A DNA stretch of 64,000 nucleotides from the human T2T-CHM13v2.0 reference genome, Homo sapiens (GCF_009914755.1 NC_060926.1); one strand, 5' to 3'; shown: positions 1 to 15,317, counted from the first letter of the stretch. A program made the numbers and translations. The notes: generated from the sequence alone by a model not told the origin.

Positions 1-111
1 CTGTAGATGTCTGAGATCTATTCTAGTTAGGCAGCTTCCCTCAAAAATAAAACATGGGATGAGAGCTTCTCACCACGCACTCATTAAAAGGTAAACTTTC
101 TTGGGCTGAGA

Positions 112-244
112 GTCACGTCAATCATCGTTTTCCTGCGAACCCAAAGCTGCCTTTTTCTCTGTTAGAAGCTGTTATCATCTTCAAAGCCATATCAAAACAG
201 TGTTTGTTCTGTGCTTTGATTTCACCCACATGGTGAATTCAAAG
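112..244. promoter_or_regulatory. Candidate enhancer: cluster of TCF/LEF motifs plus CRE-like and forkhead-like motifs
   Basis: TTCAAAG at 180-186, CTTTGAT at 214-220, TTCAAAG at 238-244, TCACGTCA at 113-120, TGTTTGT at 201-207, all in sequence not recognised as repeat. Motif matches only. Confidence 0.3.
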
Positions 245-1382
245 AAGACTTGAGAGTGCAAAGAGACTATTTCAGATGTTTGAGCATTTGTCTCTCCATG
301 TTTGTAAACGTGATTTAAGTGCCTGATGTCTAATAAAACCCTTTAAATGTAGTGGAATTTTTTTTTATCAAAACATTCCACCTTCTGTGTTTCAAATGTA
401 TGTATTCCTGAGATCTTCTAATCTTAAATATAAAACCCCTTAAGGTTTGTGTAATGGCAATATAATGGTAATTCACCTCAGAGTTAATTTTCCTTTTTAC
501 CCTGATGCAGTCCAACACAAACAAAAAAGCTCTTTATGAATGACAATTTCTAAATATCTGGCACAAATAACCAATTTTTCTTTGGGAAAAGAAAAGTCAT
601 TAGGAACATAATGTTATAAGGTGCATTTTGCACTGAGGATATTTGACACCATTCACCAGAGATAAACAGATGTATGTGATTTACATATGAAAACCTATCA
701 GATAATGCAAAAATTTGTATGTGAAATGCTTCATTCACTGAATTAGCCTATGGTAATCTCTCATTATATGAAAAAGAAAACGATTACTAAAAATGTCTAA
801 ATAAATATTAATGTGGTTATATTGTTTTTAAATACATAAAATATTTAAATAGAACAACATGCAGGGAGAATCATTTAAAGGTACAGTTGCTATTTTTACT
901 TTAAAGAGCAAATAAAGAAGATACAAAATTAAATTTGGTGATGAGCTGAAAAACATGATTTCAAAACATGGTCTCTTGTTGGATCATTTTAAATGATGGG
1001 AAAGAAGAAAAAACTGATAAATGAACATGCTAAACATGAGAAACATTTTATTTCTTGACTGAGTTAAAGCAATTGTGAATATGCTCAAATTTTGATAACA
1101 ATGTTCCTTCTCTGCTGAGGTCAGAATGGTACCAAGTTTTTGGTAGATAGTGATTCTGTCTTTTAAATACATTTTTCCCTTTTCCAGTAGCTAGCAACAT
1201 TTTTACGTGTTTAAAAAAATCAGATAGCACAAAAACTGAAATAGTTTTGAACAAAGCATTTCATTCACAACAAATTCCTCAAAAGAAAAGTACAATTTGC
1301 CAATATGATATCATTTATTATGTCCTAAATGAAGGCATTGCCCTCTAGCTATTTACTAACCATGTAAGTGGTAGAGCAAAGA

Positions 1383-2118
1383 TGACACAGGATTTTTCTC
1401 AGTAACGTTGCCAGCTGGAGACCTCTGACCGGTGACGCCCCTGCCCAGGCAGATGGTGGAACATTTACAACTCTGTCAACCCCATTGCCCCACTCCAGCC
1501 CACGACTCTGGGGCTGTCTTGGCCCTGCTGCTGTTTCCCATCATGTGGGGCAGCTTCCTTCCACTGGTAGAGAGCAGAGGACCACAGTGTTACTGCCCTC
1601 TTTATACCCACATTTGGTGGGTCCCAAACTCTTGTCCCACATCCAAGAAGAATGAAGAAATGCTGACAGTTGAAGGGTGAGGAGGGTGGAGAAGAATTTT
1701 ATTGAGCAACAAAACAGCTCTCAGTGGAGAGGGCATGTGAGGGTAGTCCCCACCTGAAGTTGGGTGGATTCTCTCCCAGTGTGGCTGGATCCAGGGTTTT
1801 TATGGGCTCAGAATGGGGGTGCATGCTGATTGGTTTGTGAGTATGCAAAAAAAAAAAAGCTAAAACAAAAGCACCACTCAAAGGTGGGTACAACAGTGTA
1901 GCAAACCAATTAGGGAAGGATAGGTGTATGTAAAATAGGTGAAGGGTGGGGATCAATCAGAGGAAAACATGCCAAACAGGAAGAGAGGTTCTCAATCTGG
2001 TCCATGAACTTACCCAAGATTTGTAGCTTGGCTTCCAACTGTCCTTGACTTGAAGGTGGGATTTCACTGGGGACCCTCCCATCTCTGCCTAGGGGTTTTC
2101 TGCCTCCTGTTGCTATCA
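1383..2118 (-). mobile_element. ERV1 solo LTR (MER52/LTR1/LTR27-28-like group)
   Basis: TG...CA termini. Minus strand begins TGATAGCAACAGGAGGCAG...GGTCCCCAGTGAAATCCCACCTTCAAG. 4-bp TSD AAGA at 1379-1382 and 2119-2122. Minus-strand AATAAA near 1698-1703. Confidence 0.85.
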
Positions 2119-2593
2119 AAGACACGTAGGAAGCAAATTAGAATGGTAAATGTATTATAAAAAAGTAACAGTTATTATTGATAAATTGTCCATATTTTTA
2201 AGAGATGCACAGCAAAAGATGTCAGGTGAGAGATAATCTCTGGGATTTGTTTTATGTAACTCACCAAAAACGAACACGGCAGAAATCAAGAGAGAGAAAG
2301 TAATAGTGAGAGAGCCACAACTGTAGGAGTTAGAGAATAATGGCAGCAAAATTTTGATTAAAGGCTGAATCTGGTAACAGGTAAAGAGATCTTCATTTAC
2401 CCTCCTCTCTACTTTGGTGCTCTTTGAAACTTTCATGTAACAAAATGTTTTTTAAAAGTTGTACTATCATCTGTCAGATGTACTAAAGTATATAGTTAGT
2501 ATATCCCTTCAATTATTTGAAAGAGAAGTGTTGTTCAGCCTGGTTCGTAAACATCTCTTTAGAAGTAAAGTCTATAACCTTTACTGTGCCATG

Positions 2594-2931
<338 letters not shown>

Positions 2932-4335
2932 TAGTAATGCTGATGAAAGCACTGTGGGGTTTCTTAAATTTGCTCTACACTGCCCTGCCCCTCCCCCACT
3001 TCCCTCCTCCCTCAGTAAAAATAGGCTATAATGATGTGTAAATTAGCCAAGTCTCCGCCTTACCCTTGATTTAATACTGTTTTATTAATGTATGCGAGTA
3101 AGAGAGGAGGAAGGCCTATACTTATGTATACAGATGTGGGAGCAGAGACTCATTATTTCCTTAGATAATCTCTTTATATATAAAAAGTTGCCTTCTCTCA
3201 ACATTGACTAGCAAAGATATCCATTCTCCTTTATTTGCTAGGCATATATATATGTAAAAATCATTAATGATTTTATTTTGGATTATATCCAAATTTGTCA
3301 TATCTGTTACTTTATTGTGTTTGGAAGTACTATTTCAATTGTAAGATCGTATTAAGTATCAACTCTAGGATTGCTTTTCCCAAACTTAAAGCCCTTTTAT
3401 GACCATAAATAGGTTATAGAAGAGTCAGTAATGCCTCTTGGTTCTTAAATATTGACTCCTGTAAGATGTCATTAATCTGTACTAATTGGAGGAAGCTTAA
3501 TCTCAATTAAGAAAAAAAGTGTAAAGGTATATTATTTTAAAAAGGAACAGAGTTCTATTATTTCAAGTACGTACATTAACTCACATTAAACTAACAAAGT
3601 GTTATCCAATACACATCCTTGACTTGATTTAATGGTTTGTAATTAGCATATCAATTGTGTGGAAATAGATCCTTCTAAAGTGCTTGAGGGTGCTTAGAAA
3701 GTTTGTTCTACTAAGTATTTTCAAGGATCCTCTTGCAATCTTATTTACATTATTAATTTACTCTCTTTAAAAAGAAAGAAATGTATCAAGGCAAAAATAA
3801 CATTCCTGGCAGCTTATGGTCAACTAATGAATTCTGTATTAGTGAAATACAAATTGTTAGTTTTGTCTGTTATTTATACCCTAATTATCATCTCAAAATT
3901 TTGCTCAAGTTTGATGTATTTTTCTCCATCTGTAAAGGTGATTTACTAATGGTATAGAAGATATCTCATACTGAATCTGTTATTTTCCTAGTAGAATGGC
4001 TTTATGTGATTTCCTTGCAAGCAGCGCATATTATTTGAGAGATGGTTAGTCATTAGATGACATATCATTATATAAAATACCAGAGATACTGAAAAACAGG
4101 GAACTGTATTTGAATTCTGCCCTTCCAAAGAATTTATATTAATGCCTGTTACATTGTCTGGTGTATTAAGTTAATACATATATATTGGAAAACTAATACA
4201 CTTTTAGTTTCCAGACCAGAAAAAACTCATGAATCATTTTCTATCATGCTTGTATTTGCTAATCTGTCATTCAATGTAGTATACGTTCTTTTTAATTTTA
4301 TTTTGTACTTCATTCTACTTAAAAAAAAAAAATTC

Positions 4336-4667
<332 letters not shown>

Positions 4668-6351
4668 TCAAGTAGTTTTAAATATAAACTAGAAGGTTAA
4701 AGTCAGCTAATTCTCAATAAGTGAGAGAAAGAAGTAAAACTGGATTTCAACATTGGAAGGAAGATTTTCGTTTACATCTATTAACTTCTTTGAGGTAAGG
4801 CAGGTTTAACTTAATTATTTATGAGCCTTTCTTAATAAGCATCTAACATCAATCTTGGCTTCTCAATAACGACAGATACTATAGCCATAGAATTGCCAGT
4901 TCTTTGGATTTACAGCCTTTGTTTAGAGTTTTTCTTAAGTTTTGCATGATTACCCTCTTTCAAACTGTCTATTCTTATTCTCTCCTCATCGACTAATGAG
5001 AATAATTGATGGTTGTCTTCTATCACCTCTTTATGTATTTGTAGATAAATATCATATTATCCCTTTAGTATACTCATTTGACAGACGTGCCCTGTTCTTT
5101 TAACCTTTCCTCATAGTTCTTATTTTTCAAACATTTCATCAACCCTTTCTTCTGAACTCTTCAGTTTGTCCATGTTTTTTCCCAAATGTGTCACTACTGT
5201 ATATATATTTATGTGCATGTGTGTGATAATGATAAGGTAAGTACCGTTTAATCTGCGCTTTCTTTCCAGTGAATATGATTATGTGTATTCATATATTTGT
5301 TATTCTTTTAGTTTCTTTTATGCTAATTTGTTTTCCTGTTTGAAACATTTATATTCAGGTTAACAAATTTAGTTATGGAAATATTGAGCAATAAATAAGT
5401 ATAAAGTGTGGTAGATCCAAACTTTATATCTTTTTTGCTCTTCTGACCTACTTACAAGTAGAAAAACACTAATTTTGGACAAAATACTTATATGTAGAAT
5501 TTTTCCTGTTTTGAATTTATATGTTAACAACTGATGGAATTAGATGATCCTTATTTAGCTCTTCACTGCCATAGAGCAATTCTCAGCACTTTTAAATAAT
5601 TTATTGAATGTTTTGTTGCAGAGCTTCTGTGTTCTCAAAATTACATAAATCATATAATTGAGAGAAGAGATGCATGAATTTAGTTTTTCTAAAGAAAATG
5701 TATATGCCTATTGTATAACACGAAGGTGTCATGGCAATATGATACTAACAACAATTTTACTGAGTAGTTAAGCAAAGAAAAAAATCAAATGTCTTCTTAC
5801 TTTGCACTTCTTACATTTATTTTGATTGCACACGTTTGAGAATGAAGTTTGAGACCAAAAACATTCCTTTACCAAAATAATATGTTCTGATTAAGTGGGG
5901 AGAAATACAATTATAATTGATGCTCAGCTTCATTTTAATACACATGACCCCTCCCTGCAAAAGAAAAAGTATTGATATTTCAAAATATGTTGCTTCTTTC
6001 CTGAAATAACTCAAAAACCCCAAAACAAAATTTCTTTAAGAAATATTGACCCTCTGACAATTGAGGCAATTTATAATGATCCCTCCAAGTGTTTATGGAG
6101 AGAATTTTGGAATCAATATTATGATGAATAAGGAACCGTGTAAATCAGCTTATGTTTTGGAATACCTATACAGACAGTGGTTGGAGAACATGGTTCTTCA
6201 AGTTACAGATTCAGGTTCTTTTTTGCCCTCAAATGTTTGTTTAAATTCATGTCTTAAAAACTGAAATTGCTAAAATGATTGTTTTATCCATCTGTATTAT
6301 ACCTAGTGGGTTATGTTAAAATATAAATATTCAAAAAGGTAAATATGACTC

Positions 6352-7051
6352 TTGGCTTAGTCCATTGAGCTGCTTTAACAAAATACAGATGGACTTACGA
6401 TGGCATTACATTTCAATAAACTTATAAGTTGAAAAAATCATGCTAAAATGCATTTAATACACTTACCAAACATTATATCTTAGCCTGCTACCGTTAAATG
6501 TGCTCAGAAAACTTGTACTAGCTTATAGTTGAGCAAAATTATCTAAAGCAAAGCCTTTTAAAAAATAATACAGTATTAAATGTCTCATGTAATTTTTGAA
6601 CACTTTACTAAAAGTAAAAAGCAGAACAGTTATATGAGTACTCATATTTAGTAAGGTTTCTACAGAATGCATATCTCTTTGCACAATCGTAAAGTCAAAA
6701 ATTTAAGTCAAACTATTGTAAATCAGAGCTCATCTCACCATAAACTGGGTATTTTATAAACAACAGAAGTTTATTTCTCAGAGTTCTGGAAGTTGGGAAG
6801 TTTAAGATCAAGATTCAGTGACTGGTAAGAATGTGCTTTCTCAAAAATGGCACCTTTTTGCTGTGTTCTCACATGGTGGAAAGGGCAAGGCAGTTCTTTG
6901 GGGTCTTTTTCATTAAGGTGCTAATCCCATTCTTAAGGGCTCCTTTATGTCCTAATCACCTCCCCAAAAGTCCTACCTTCTAATACCATCACCTTGGAAG
7001 TTGGATTTCAACATACAATTTTGGGGGGACCCTCATATTTAGACCATAGCA
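6352..7051 (-). mobile_element. MLT1A0-like MaLR LTR, split by MER47A
   Basis: CTTAGTCCATT..GCTGCTTTAACAAAATA, then after the insert CCATAAACTGGGT...TTTATTTCTCA...CAACATACAATTTTGGGGGGAC...AGACCATAGCA. Confidence 0.8.
6386..6736 (+). mobile_element. MER47A (Tc1/mariner Tigger-derived MITE)
   Basis: CAGATG..GACTTACGATGG start after a TA; AATGCATTTAATACAC, TGTGCTCAGAA and TAAGTCAAACTATTGTAAATC..CATCT match the remembered MER47A consensus. Confidence 0.85.
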
Positions 7052-7289
7052 ACTCTCATACAAATATAAATTTAGCACAAAAAAAACAGACTTTAGTCAA
7101 CTCCTTAATTAATGAAGGAACCAGTAAGCTATTAAAAGAAGTTCAAAGATTTTGAGGATTATATGTGTGTGCATGCATGTGTGTAAGATCAGAAACACTA
7201 ACGGATGCAAAACTGATTAATATTTTAAGGGTCTATTAAATGTAGTGTTTGGGGTCATAATTTTTTAATGTGTTAGTTTTTCTGTATTT

Positions 7290-10245
7290 TAATATTGTTT
7301 TATTTAATTGACAAATAATAATTGTACATATTCACAGGGCAGAAAGTGATGTTTGATGCACAAATGTATAGCGATCAGATCAGGATAATTGGCCATATCC
7401 ACAATTTCAAACATTTATCATTTCTTTGCTTTTGGAACATTCAATATCTCCCTGTTAACTACTTGAAACTTTGTATTTATTGTTAACTATACTCATCCTA
7501 CGGTGGCATAGAACACTAGAACTTATTCCTCCTATCTAGTTGTAATTTCATATCCTTTAACAAATCTTTCTTATTCCTTGTTTTCTCCTAGTAGAACGCT
7601 TGTAGTTTCGTCTGTTCTACTTTTTCCTTCCATGAGATCAACATTTTTTAGCTTTCAGGTAAAAGCAAGAACATGCAATTTTTGACCTCTTGTTTATGGC
7701 TTATTTCACTAAATGTAATGTTCTCCAATTCCATGCATTTTGCCACAATTGAAAGAATTTCATTATTTCTTTTAATGACTGACTTGTATTTCATAATGTA
7801 TATTTACCAATTTCTTTATTCATTTATTTGTTTTTGAACACCTAGGTTGATGCCATCTCTTGGCTATTGTGAATAGTGTTGCAATAAACATGGAGGTGCA
7901 AATGTGTCTTTAATATAATGATTTCCTTTCCTTTGAATAGATTTCCAGTAGTGGGATTGCTGGGTCATATGGTATTTCTATTTGTAATTTTTTGAGAAAC
8001 CTCCATATTGTTCTTCATAGTAGCTATACTAGTTTACATTCCCATCAACAGTGTCTAAGAGTTCCCTTTTCTCGCTATCCTTGCCAGAATTTGCTATTTT
8101 TGGTCTTTTTGATAATACCAATTCATTCTAGCTGAGGTGAGATGATACCTCATTGTGGTTTTGATTTTCATTTCCTTGAATATTAGTGATGTTTAGCATT
8201 TTTAAAATATATTTATTGGCCATTTATATATTTTGTTGAGAAATGTGTGTTCAGATCACTTGCCCATTTTTTAATCGGAGATTTTTTGCTGTTGAAATGT
8301 TTGAATTATTTGTACGTTCTGGACATTAATGCCCTGGTAAATGAGTAGTTTAAAAATATTTTTTTCCCATTCAAGACTTTGTCTTTTCACTCTGTTGATT
8401 ATTTCCTTTGCTGTGCAGAAGCTTTTTAGTTTGACATAATTCCATTTGTTTATTTTTGCTTTTGTTGCCTGTGTTTTCGAGGTCTTATTCATAAAATCTT
8501 TTCCCAGACCAATGTCCTGAAGTGTTTCCAATATATTTTTGTCTGTTAGTTTGAGCATTTCAGGTCTTATAGTTAGGTATTTGATCCATTTTGAGTTGTT
8601 TTTTTGTATAGGGTTAGAAGTGGGAGTCTAATTTCATTGTTTTGCGTATAGTTATCCTCTTTTCCCAGAAGCATTCATTGAAGAGACTGTCTTTGCCCCA
8701 GTGAATGCTGTTGGCACTTTTGTCAAAAATCAGTTAGATGGAGATATTTGGATTAATTTCTGGGTTTGCTATCCTGTTTCACTGGTCTGTATGTCTATTT
8801 TTATGTCAGTGTGTAGCTGTGGGTTACTTCAGCTTTGCAGTATATTTTGAAGTCTGGTAGTGTGACACCTTCAGCTTTGTTCTTTTCACTGAGAATTGCT
8901 TTGGCTCTTTGGGGTCTTTTGTGACTCCACAAAAATTTTAGACAGTTTATTTTATTTCCGTGAAGAATGTTATTGGTATTTCATAAGGCTTATCTTGAAT
9001 CTGTAGGCTGCTTTGGGTAGTATTGCCATTTTAATGGTATTATTTCTTCAGATCCATAGGAAGAGCATGGGATGTCTTTCCATTTGTTTGTACCCTCTTT
9101 AATTTATTTAATCAGTGTTTTGTAGTTTTTCCTATAGAGATTTTTGCCTCTTTTGTTAAATATATTCCTAGTTATTTTATTATTTGTGTAGCTATTATAG
9201 ACAGAATTCCTTCTTGATTTCTTTTTTAGCTAGTTCATTGTTCATATGTAGAAGCATTACTGACTTTTGTTTATTAATCTTATATTCTGCAACTTGACTG
9301 AACTTGTTTATCAGTTTCGAGAGTAATTTGGTAGGGTCCTTAGGATTTTCATATAGAAGATCATGTTGTCTATAAAGAGGGAAAATTTGACTTCCTCTTT
9401 TTCAGTTTGGATGCATTTTACTTTTTTCTCTTGCGTAATTGTTCTGGTTAGGACTTCCAGTACTAAGTTAAGTAACAGTGGTAAAAGTGGCATCCTTGCC
9501 TTGTTCAGATTCTGAAAGCTTTTTCCCCATTCAGTAAGATATTAGGTGTTGATTTGTCATACATGACATTTTTTACATTGAGGTACTTTTCTTCTATAGT
9601 TAATTCATTAAAAGTTTTTATCATGAAAGATGTTGAATTTTATTAAAAGCCTTTTCTGCATCTATTGAGATGATCAATGTGAAGGTTTTTGTCCTTCATC
9701 TCAGTGATGTTATGTATGTCATTTATTGACTTGCATATGTTGAACCATCCTTTCATTGATTGTCTTTTCAGTATGTTGTTGGATTTTGTTTGCTAGTATT
9801 TCGTTGAGGCTTTCTGCATCTATTTTTATCATGTTGTGTTCATTCTGGCCTTGTAGAATGAGTTAGGAAGAATTTCCTCTGCTTCAATATTTTGGAATAG
9901 TTTAAGAAGAATTGGTATTAATTCTTCTTTAAAAGTTTGGTACAATTCAGCCTGTGAAGCCATCCAGTCCAGAACTTTTCTTTGTTGGCAGACTTTTTAT
10001 TACTGCTTCAATATCATTACATGTTACTGGCCTGTGCAGGTTTTCCATTTCTTCCTGGTTGTACATTGTGTGTATCCAGGAATGCAATCCATTTCCTTTA
10101 GGTTTTCAAATTTATTGGCATATAGTTGTTAATAATAGTCTCTAATGATCCTTTATATTACTGTGATATCCATTGTAATGTTTCTTTTTTGTTTGTTTCT
10201 GATTTTATTTATTTGGGTCTTCTCTCTTAGTCTAGTTAACTTTTA
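7290..10245 (-). mobile_element. L1MA-type LINE-1 (3' UTR plus degenerate ORF2)
   Basis: L1MA-like 3' end. ORF-track fragments 8271-8558 (LQDIGLGKDFMNKTSK) and 9311-9493 (LVLEVL..EEVKFSLF) match ORF2. Confidence 0.9.
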
Positions 10246-11542
10246 CAGGATAGAAATCAATTGTATCGCTCTTGGACAAAATTCATTTGCATTTCTATAG
10301 ATAAAAATTACTTGCATTACTATCAGTTTCCTACAACTTGATTTGTGGAGCTGGCCCCACAGAGATATAAACTAACCTAGTTAATAGAAAGATGATCAAA
10401 AGTACACATATATAGAGCCATATAATTCCCAGAGAATTCAATAGCAAATGCCAAGTGCTCCACTGAAAGGACACCCAGTACTTTTTTTCTTCTTTTCTTC
10501 TTTTGCCTATTTTCTTACCCTGGACAATGTTTCAGGCAGTTGTCATATACATAATAGGACTATGCAAAATAATTCTATGTTTAATAATCCCCATCCACTC
10601 CTTTTCTGAAAACTTTTCTTCATTTAAAGTGGAAAGTAGTTTGGCATAAGATTTCAGAACCAGAGGCGTTTTGTATGATTCTATATTGTTTTTTCTCGCT
10701 CTCTCTCTGTGTCATTTTTTTCTTTTTGCTGTTCTCACAATAAAATTATGTTGAGCAAATTACTCTTTATGACTTTCCATTGAGTTCATCCTATGTGTCT
10801 CGATATCTTCACCCACCTCTCTATCTGATGAATGATATTCCTGAATTATGTTTTGCTTCTTGCTGTACCAGTCAGCGGCATCAATTTGGAAATCCTAGAA
10901 AATTAAAATATCATGTCCTACAATTCTTATTTATGCTATAAGTTAAATGTTCTCTGGGATCAGACATATGACCAGTGTCTAAAAATTTATCCCATACATT
11001 TCTATATCATTATTTTATGTTTTCTTTTTATACCTCTTACCACTTTTCCCCTCTAACCATCATAGCCACCTTTAACTCCCCGAAATGTGCTATTGGCTTA
11101 TCTACTCCTACAATTGGGAAACTGATTCAGAGTAATAGCTTAAATTCAGCTAAATCCAACCTATAATCCTGCTCGGGCTTATGTTCATGTTACATTTTCC
11201 TACTTTCTTTATATTGCAGAAAGTCTCTTATAACCATTGAATCTTATAGCTAAATAAAACTAGCGGAGAGTTAGCCTACACACTTAATAAATAGCAATCA
11301 CTAACATCTTTTGTGGTAGGCAGAATAATGACTACCCACCTCAAAGATTTCCACATCCAAATTCCCAGAACCTGTGACTATGCTAACTTTCTTTACAAAA
11401 GAGATATTACAGATGTGATTGAAAAGTTTTGAGATGGAGAGATTATCCTAGATTACCCAGGGCTGTTCAATGCAATCACAAGACTCTTGAAAAGAAAAGA
11501 AGGTAGGAGAGTCAGAGTCAGAAAAGAAGACAAAAGTAAAGG

Positions 11543-11557
11543 GGTGTGTGTGTGGAT

Positions 11558-11619
<62 letters not shown>
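11543..11619. repeat. Compound (GT)n(GA)n microsatellite
   Basis: Directly visible. Confidence 0.97.
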
Positions 11620-11634
11620 TTTGAAGATGGAACT

Positions 11635-12174
11635 TTTGGAGAGGAAATAATTCTTCTCTACCCGTTCAGTGTCTCCAGCTGGGCTAGAGGTAACCTGACA
11701 TAAAATAGATTAACAGGAGAAAAGCATACAAGTTTTAATAAATTTTTACATGTACTTGAAAGCCTTCACAACAGAATGAATACCTGAAAAAGTGATTAGA
11801 GCATAAAGTTTTTATAACTTTTAGATAAATGATAAGTTTATGAAGAAATAAGAGGACAAAGGAGTTGTGGTGAAGGGTAGTGAATTATGAGGAATTGGCT
11901 AGGAGATGTGTGAAGTGATGGGGCTAGGGTAAGATCAGGGTTATTTTAGTAAGTGTGTTTATATACATCCACTTCAGCCTCAACCCTCAGTCTTTGGTGA
12001 TTGCATGGTCTCTTCTCAGTACGCCTTTCTAATGGGAAGTTTTATGGCCTGTTCTTAGGCATAAAGAAAGAGATCAAAGAGCCTGTCCCGTATCTACTGT
12101 TTCTCAAGTGACTTCAGCTAAAAATCAAAATGCCAAAACAGCACATTTTGGGATGGCATGTCCTTAGCTCTTCA
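11635..12174 (-). mobile_element. MER34-family ERV1 solo LTR nested in MLT1D
   Basis: Minus strand starts TGAAGAGCTAAGGACATGCCATCCCAAAATGTGCTGTTTTGGCAT...GCTGAAGTCACTTGAGAAACAG, typical of MER34. Confidence 0.75.
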
Positions 12175-12967
12175 CTACCTTACACTGCCAGCCTTGAAGT
12201 TGGAGGACAAGGTCATGAGTCAAGGAATGCAAGGAGGCTCTAGAAGCTGGAAAATGTAAGGAAACAAATTTTCTCCCACTATCTCCAGAAGGAACACAGC
12301 CCTGCCATTACTGGATGCTCTTTTAAGCCACCAAGTTTGTGGTCGTTTGTTAGAGCTGTAATAAGAAACTGATACTGTGGTCAAAAATTTGAACACATGT
12401 AGTAATAAGAAATCACCATTTTCTAAAGCAGTGTGTTCCATTATGTCTACATTTACAGGAAATTATTTAAATTGAGCTGAATTCTGATGTAAATGTTAAA
12501 CTTTTTCCTAAATTGGCAACTACTCACTTGATGTCATTAACTTCACACCCAATGCCTGCACCTTTCCAGAGTGCTGCTCTTTTGTGTGTCTTACCATTGT
12601 TTCCTCAGCCTTCCAATTCAAAACAAAACAAAACAAAAACTTCTATGTTTGTAATTTTTTCTTGTAAGAATCATGGTGTTCTATATATCCAATGTTCGGT
12701 TTTTTCTTTGTTTCCATTTCCACTGTCCTGGTGCAAGCATCTTCCTTAGGCTATGTCACTACACTAATCTCTGAACTCTTTGCCTTGTCTTTAGTCTGAG
12801 GCTTCTCCACAATTCAGTCTATGTGCTGCTGCCAGGAATATCTTAAGTCACTAATTGCAAGTCATTACCTTTCTTAAAGCATATTTTCTCTGTTGCAAGA
12901 TCCCCATTGCTTATAAGATATTAAGCTTTTCTACCTAACTCTAGGGTGCCTGTGTAATGTCCCCCAG

Positions 12968-13139
12968 TGGGGCTGGCTTCACAGGCATGTGGTTTGTGCA
13001 GTGGGCAGAACCCCACACTTAGAAGGGACCCTTGCTTGCTTAATACTCTGCTGTCACTGTTTTGAAATTCTTAATTTTGGAAGAAACATCCAGCATTTTC
13101 ATTTTGCACTGGGCCTCACAAATGATATAGCTTGTTCTG
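12968..13139 (+). mobile_element. MER91A-like hAT-Tip100 DNA transposon
   Basis: GGGCTGGCTTCA...AGAAGGGACC...TTGAAATTCTTAAT...CATTTTCATTTTGCACTGGGCCTCACAAAT. Confidence 0.8.
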
Positions 13140-13342
13140 CCCCACAGTTTATCCATATTTTATTCTGTAATCCCATGTTAGTATCGCCTTATTTCAGGAA
13201 AGCAAGCATGCTTCTTGTCCATAGAATCTACCCTCTTTAGGTCAATTTTTGTATCTTAACTATTGCTATTTTCTTTCATGGAATTCTCTTGCTCCTTCAT
13301 TTCATAGGCCCAGCTCAGGGACTATGATTGTGCCAATAATAA

Positions 13343-13735
<393 letters not shown>

Positions 13736-15317
13736 TAACCTTGTCAAAGAAACTTTATCTGCTTTCTTCCACTTTCACTAATTTTTCTTCTTTGGATTTA
13801 TTTTACACTTGACTGTTCTGTAATTACTTCATAAACTTCATCAGTTTCTCCCTATCTATGTCATAGCTGTGTAAGGACAATAACCTTGTCTTGCCCTATT
13901 GTGTATGTACTCACCTCAGAGTGAGGATAGAACTCCTGTGTACAAGTAATGCTTATTTGCTAATGCCTTAACCATCTACCAAGATTTTTCTTGCCACTAA
14001 ATCACCTAAATATAAGGGAAGCTGTTTATAGGAAAGGTGAGTCAGTAAGCCCAGGAAAGTCATTTACTTGGTTAACTCCCACAAAATTATATCAATTTCC
14101 TGATTTCCTCTGCATTAAAAAGAGTAAATAGAGTTTTTTAGCACCTGTCATTGAAACATAATGACATTTTTTTTTTTTACTTGAAGCCATAAGGTTCCCC
14201 AAATCCACTTAAAGGTGAATTTGTATATTCTTTTGAATATGAGGAATTGCATTTATCTAATTGCCAAACATAACAAAATGAATGATAGGTTTATAGAAAA
14301 GTTTAAACATAGTGTATGTACATACATGTTCACACATACTACACAATTGTGGCTATGGCAACAAAATGTGGGGTTGGATAGTTCTTCTCCTCCATTTCCT
14401 TATAAAGTCAAATAATACTTCCCCTTTTGGATATCACTGTATGTGTGAAGTGTAAGATTTTTATCTGTAATTTGACCTCTATTGTAGCTTATAATAATGG
14501 AGGGCCATTGGTTAAATGGAGAATCAAACTTGAGAAGCTATGCTTTGGACAGAACTTACTTTCCAAAATAATGGATTTGGAGAAGAAAGCTGAAGGGTAA
14601 CAAGATGGAGAAGCACCTAGGAATTTTCAATTATCTTTGGTGAATAGATTTTTCCTCTGATGCTAACCATTTCTATGTAAAAGACCTGCTCATGTAAGTG
14701 AGATTGAGTACAAGGCCAGGCTAGGCCATTTGGAAGGTAAGAAAATGAAAAGAAAGGGTCACAAAAGCTCAGAATGGCAAAACTACACAAAAGAAGAAAA
14801 ATTTTAAAGTGGGTCTCCTATTTAAAGCACCTCTGTGCTTTAGAGAATGTTTTCATCTTATTATTTAAAAGAAGCATCACTATCTTATCCAAGTATACTC
14901 TCTTACAGGTTCAGTGTTTCTTATTTTGAAAGAACATAGTTGAAATCGATCTACAGTCAACTTGGTTGATTTATTTGTGGTGAATTTATGCATTTTCTGT
15001 GTGATTCAGCCATCTTTTAATTTTTAACCTGACCATTTAAAATGTCCTTTTATTTATTGTCATATTGATTTACACAATAATCGACTATTAAAAGACTTCC
15101 TAGAGAAAGAGAAGAGGCAGATTTTATATTATTAAAAATTTAGGAGACTACAAAACTTTTAAATATCAATGTTATCATTAAAAATAATGGTAAACAGAGA
15201 CTGGCAGATGAATATAGTCAAAACATTGAATATAAACCCTAACATTTGGTGTTAGTAAAAATAAATTTAAATTTCTTTATAGTCAATGACGTTTTTTAAT
15301 TAATGGAAAAAAAATCA

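Larger units (their letters stand above)
11312..12375 (+). mobile_element. MLT1D-like MaLR LTR interrupted by a microsatellite and MER34
   Basis: TGTGGTAGGCAGAATAATG start; GGAGAGATTATCCTAGATTACCCAG; resumes at about 12175 with CAAGGAATGC..CTCTAGAAGCTGGAAAA..GAAACTGATAC. Confidence 0.82.

Noticed and set aside
1432-2125. Short ORFs of 71-85 aa
   Set aside because: All lie inside a solo LTR and show no recognisable protein similarity.
5230-5245. Perfect donor AAG|GTAAGT (similar isolated sites near 14737, 15708 and 24180)
   Set aside because: No paired acceptor with a plausible exon or coding frame was found.
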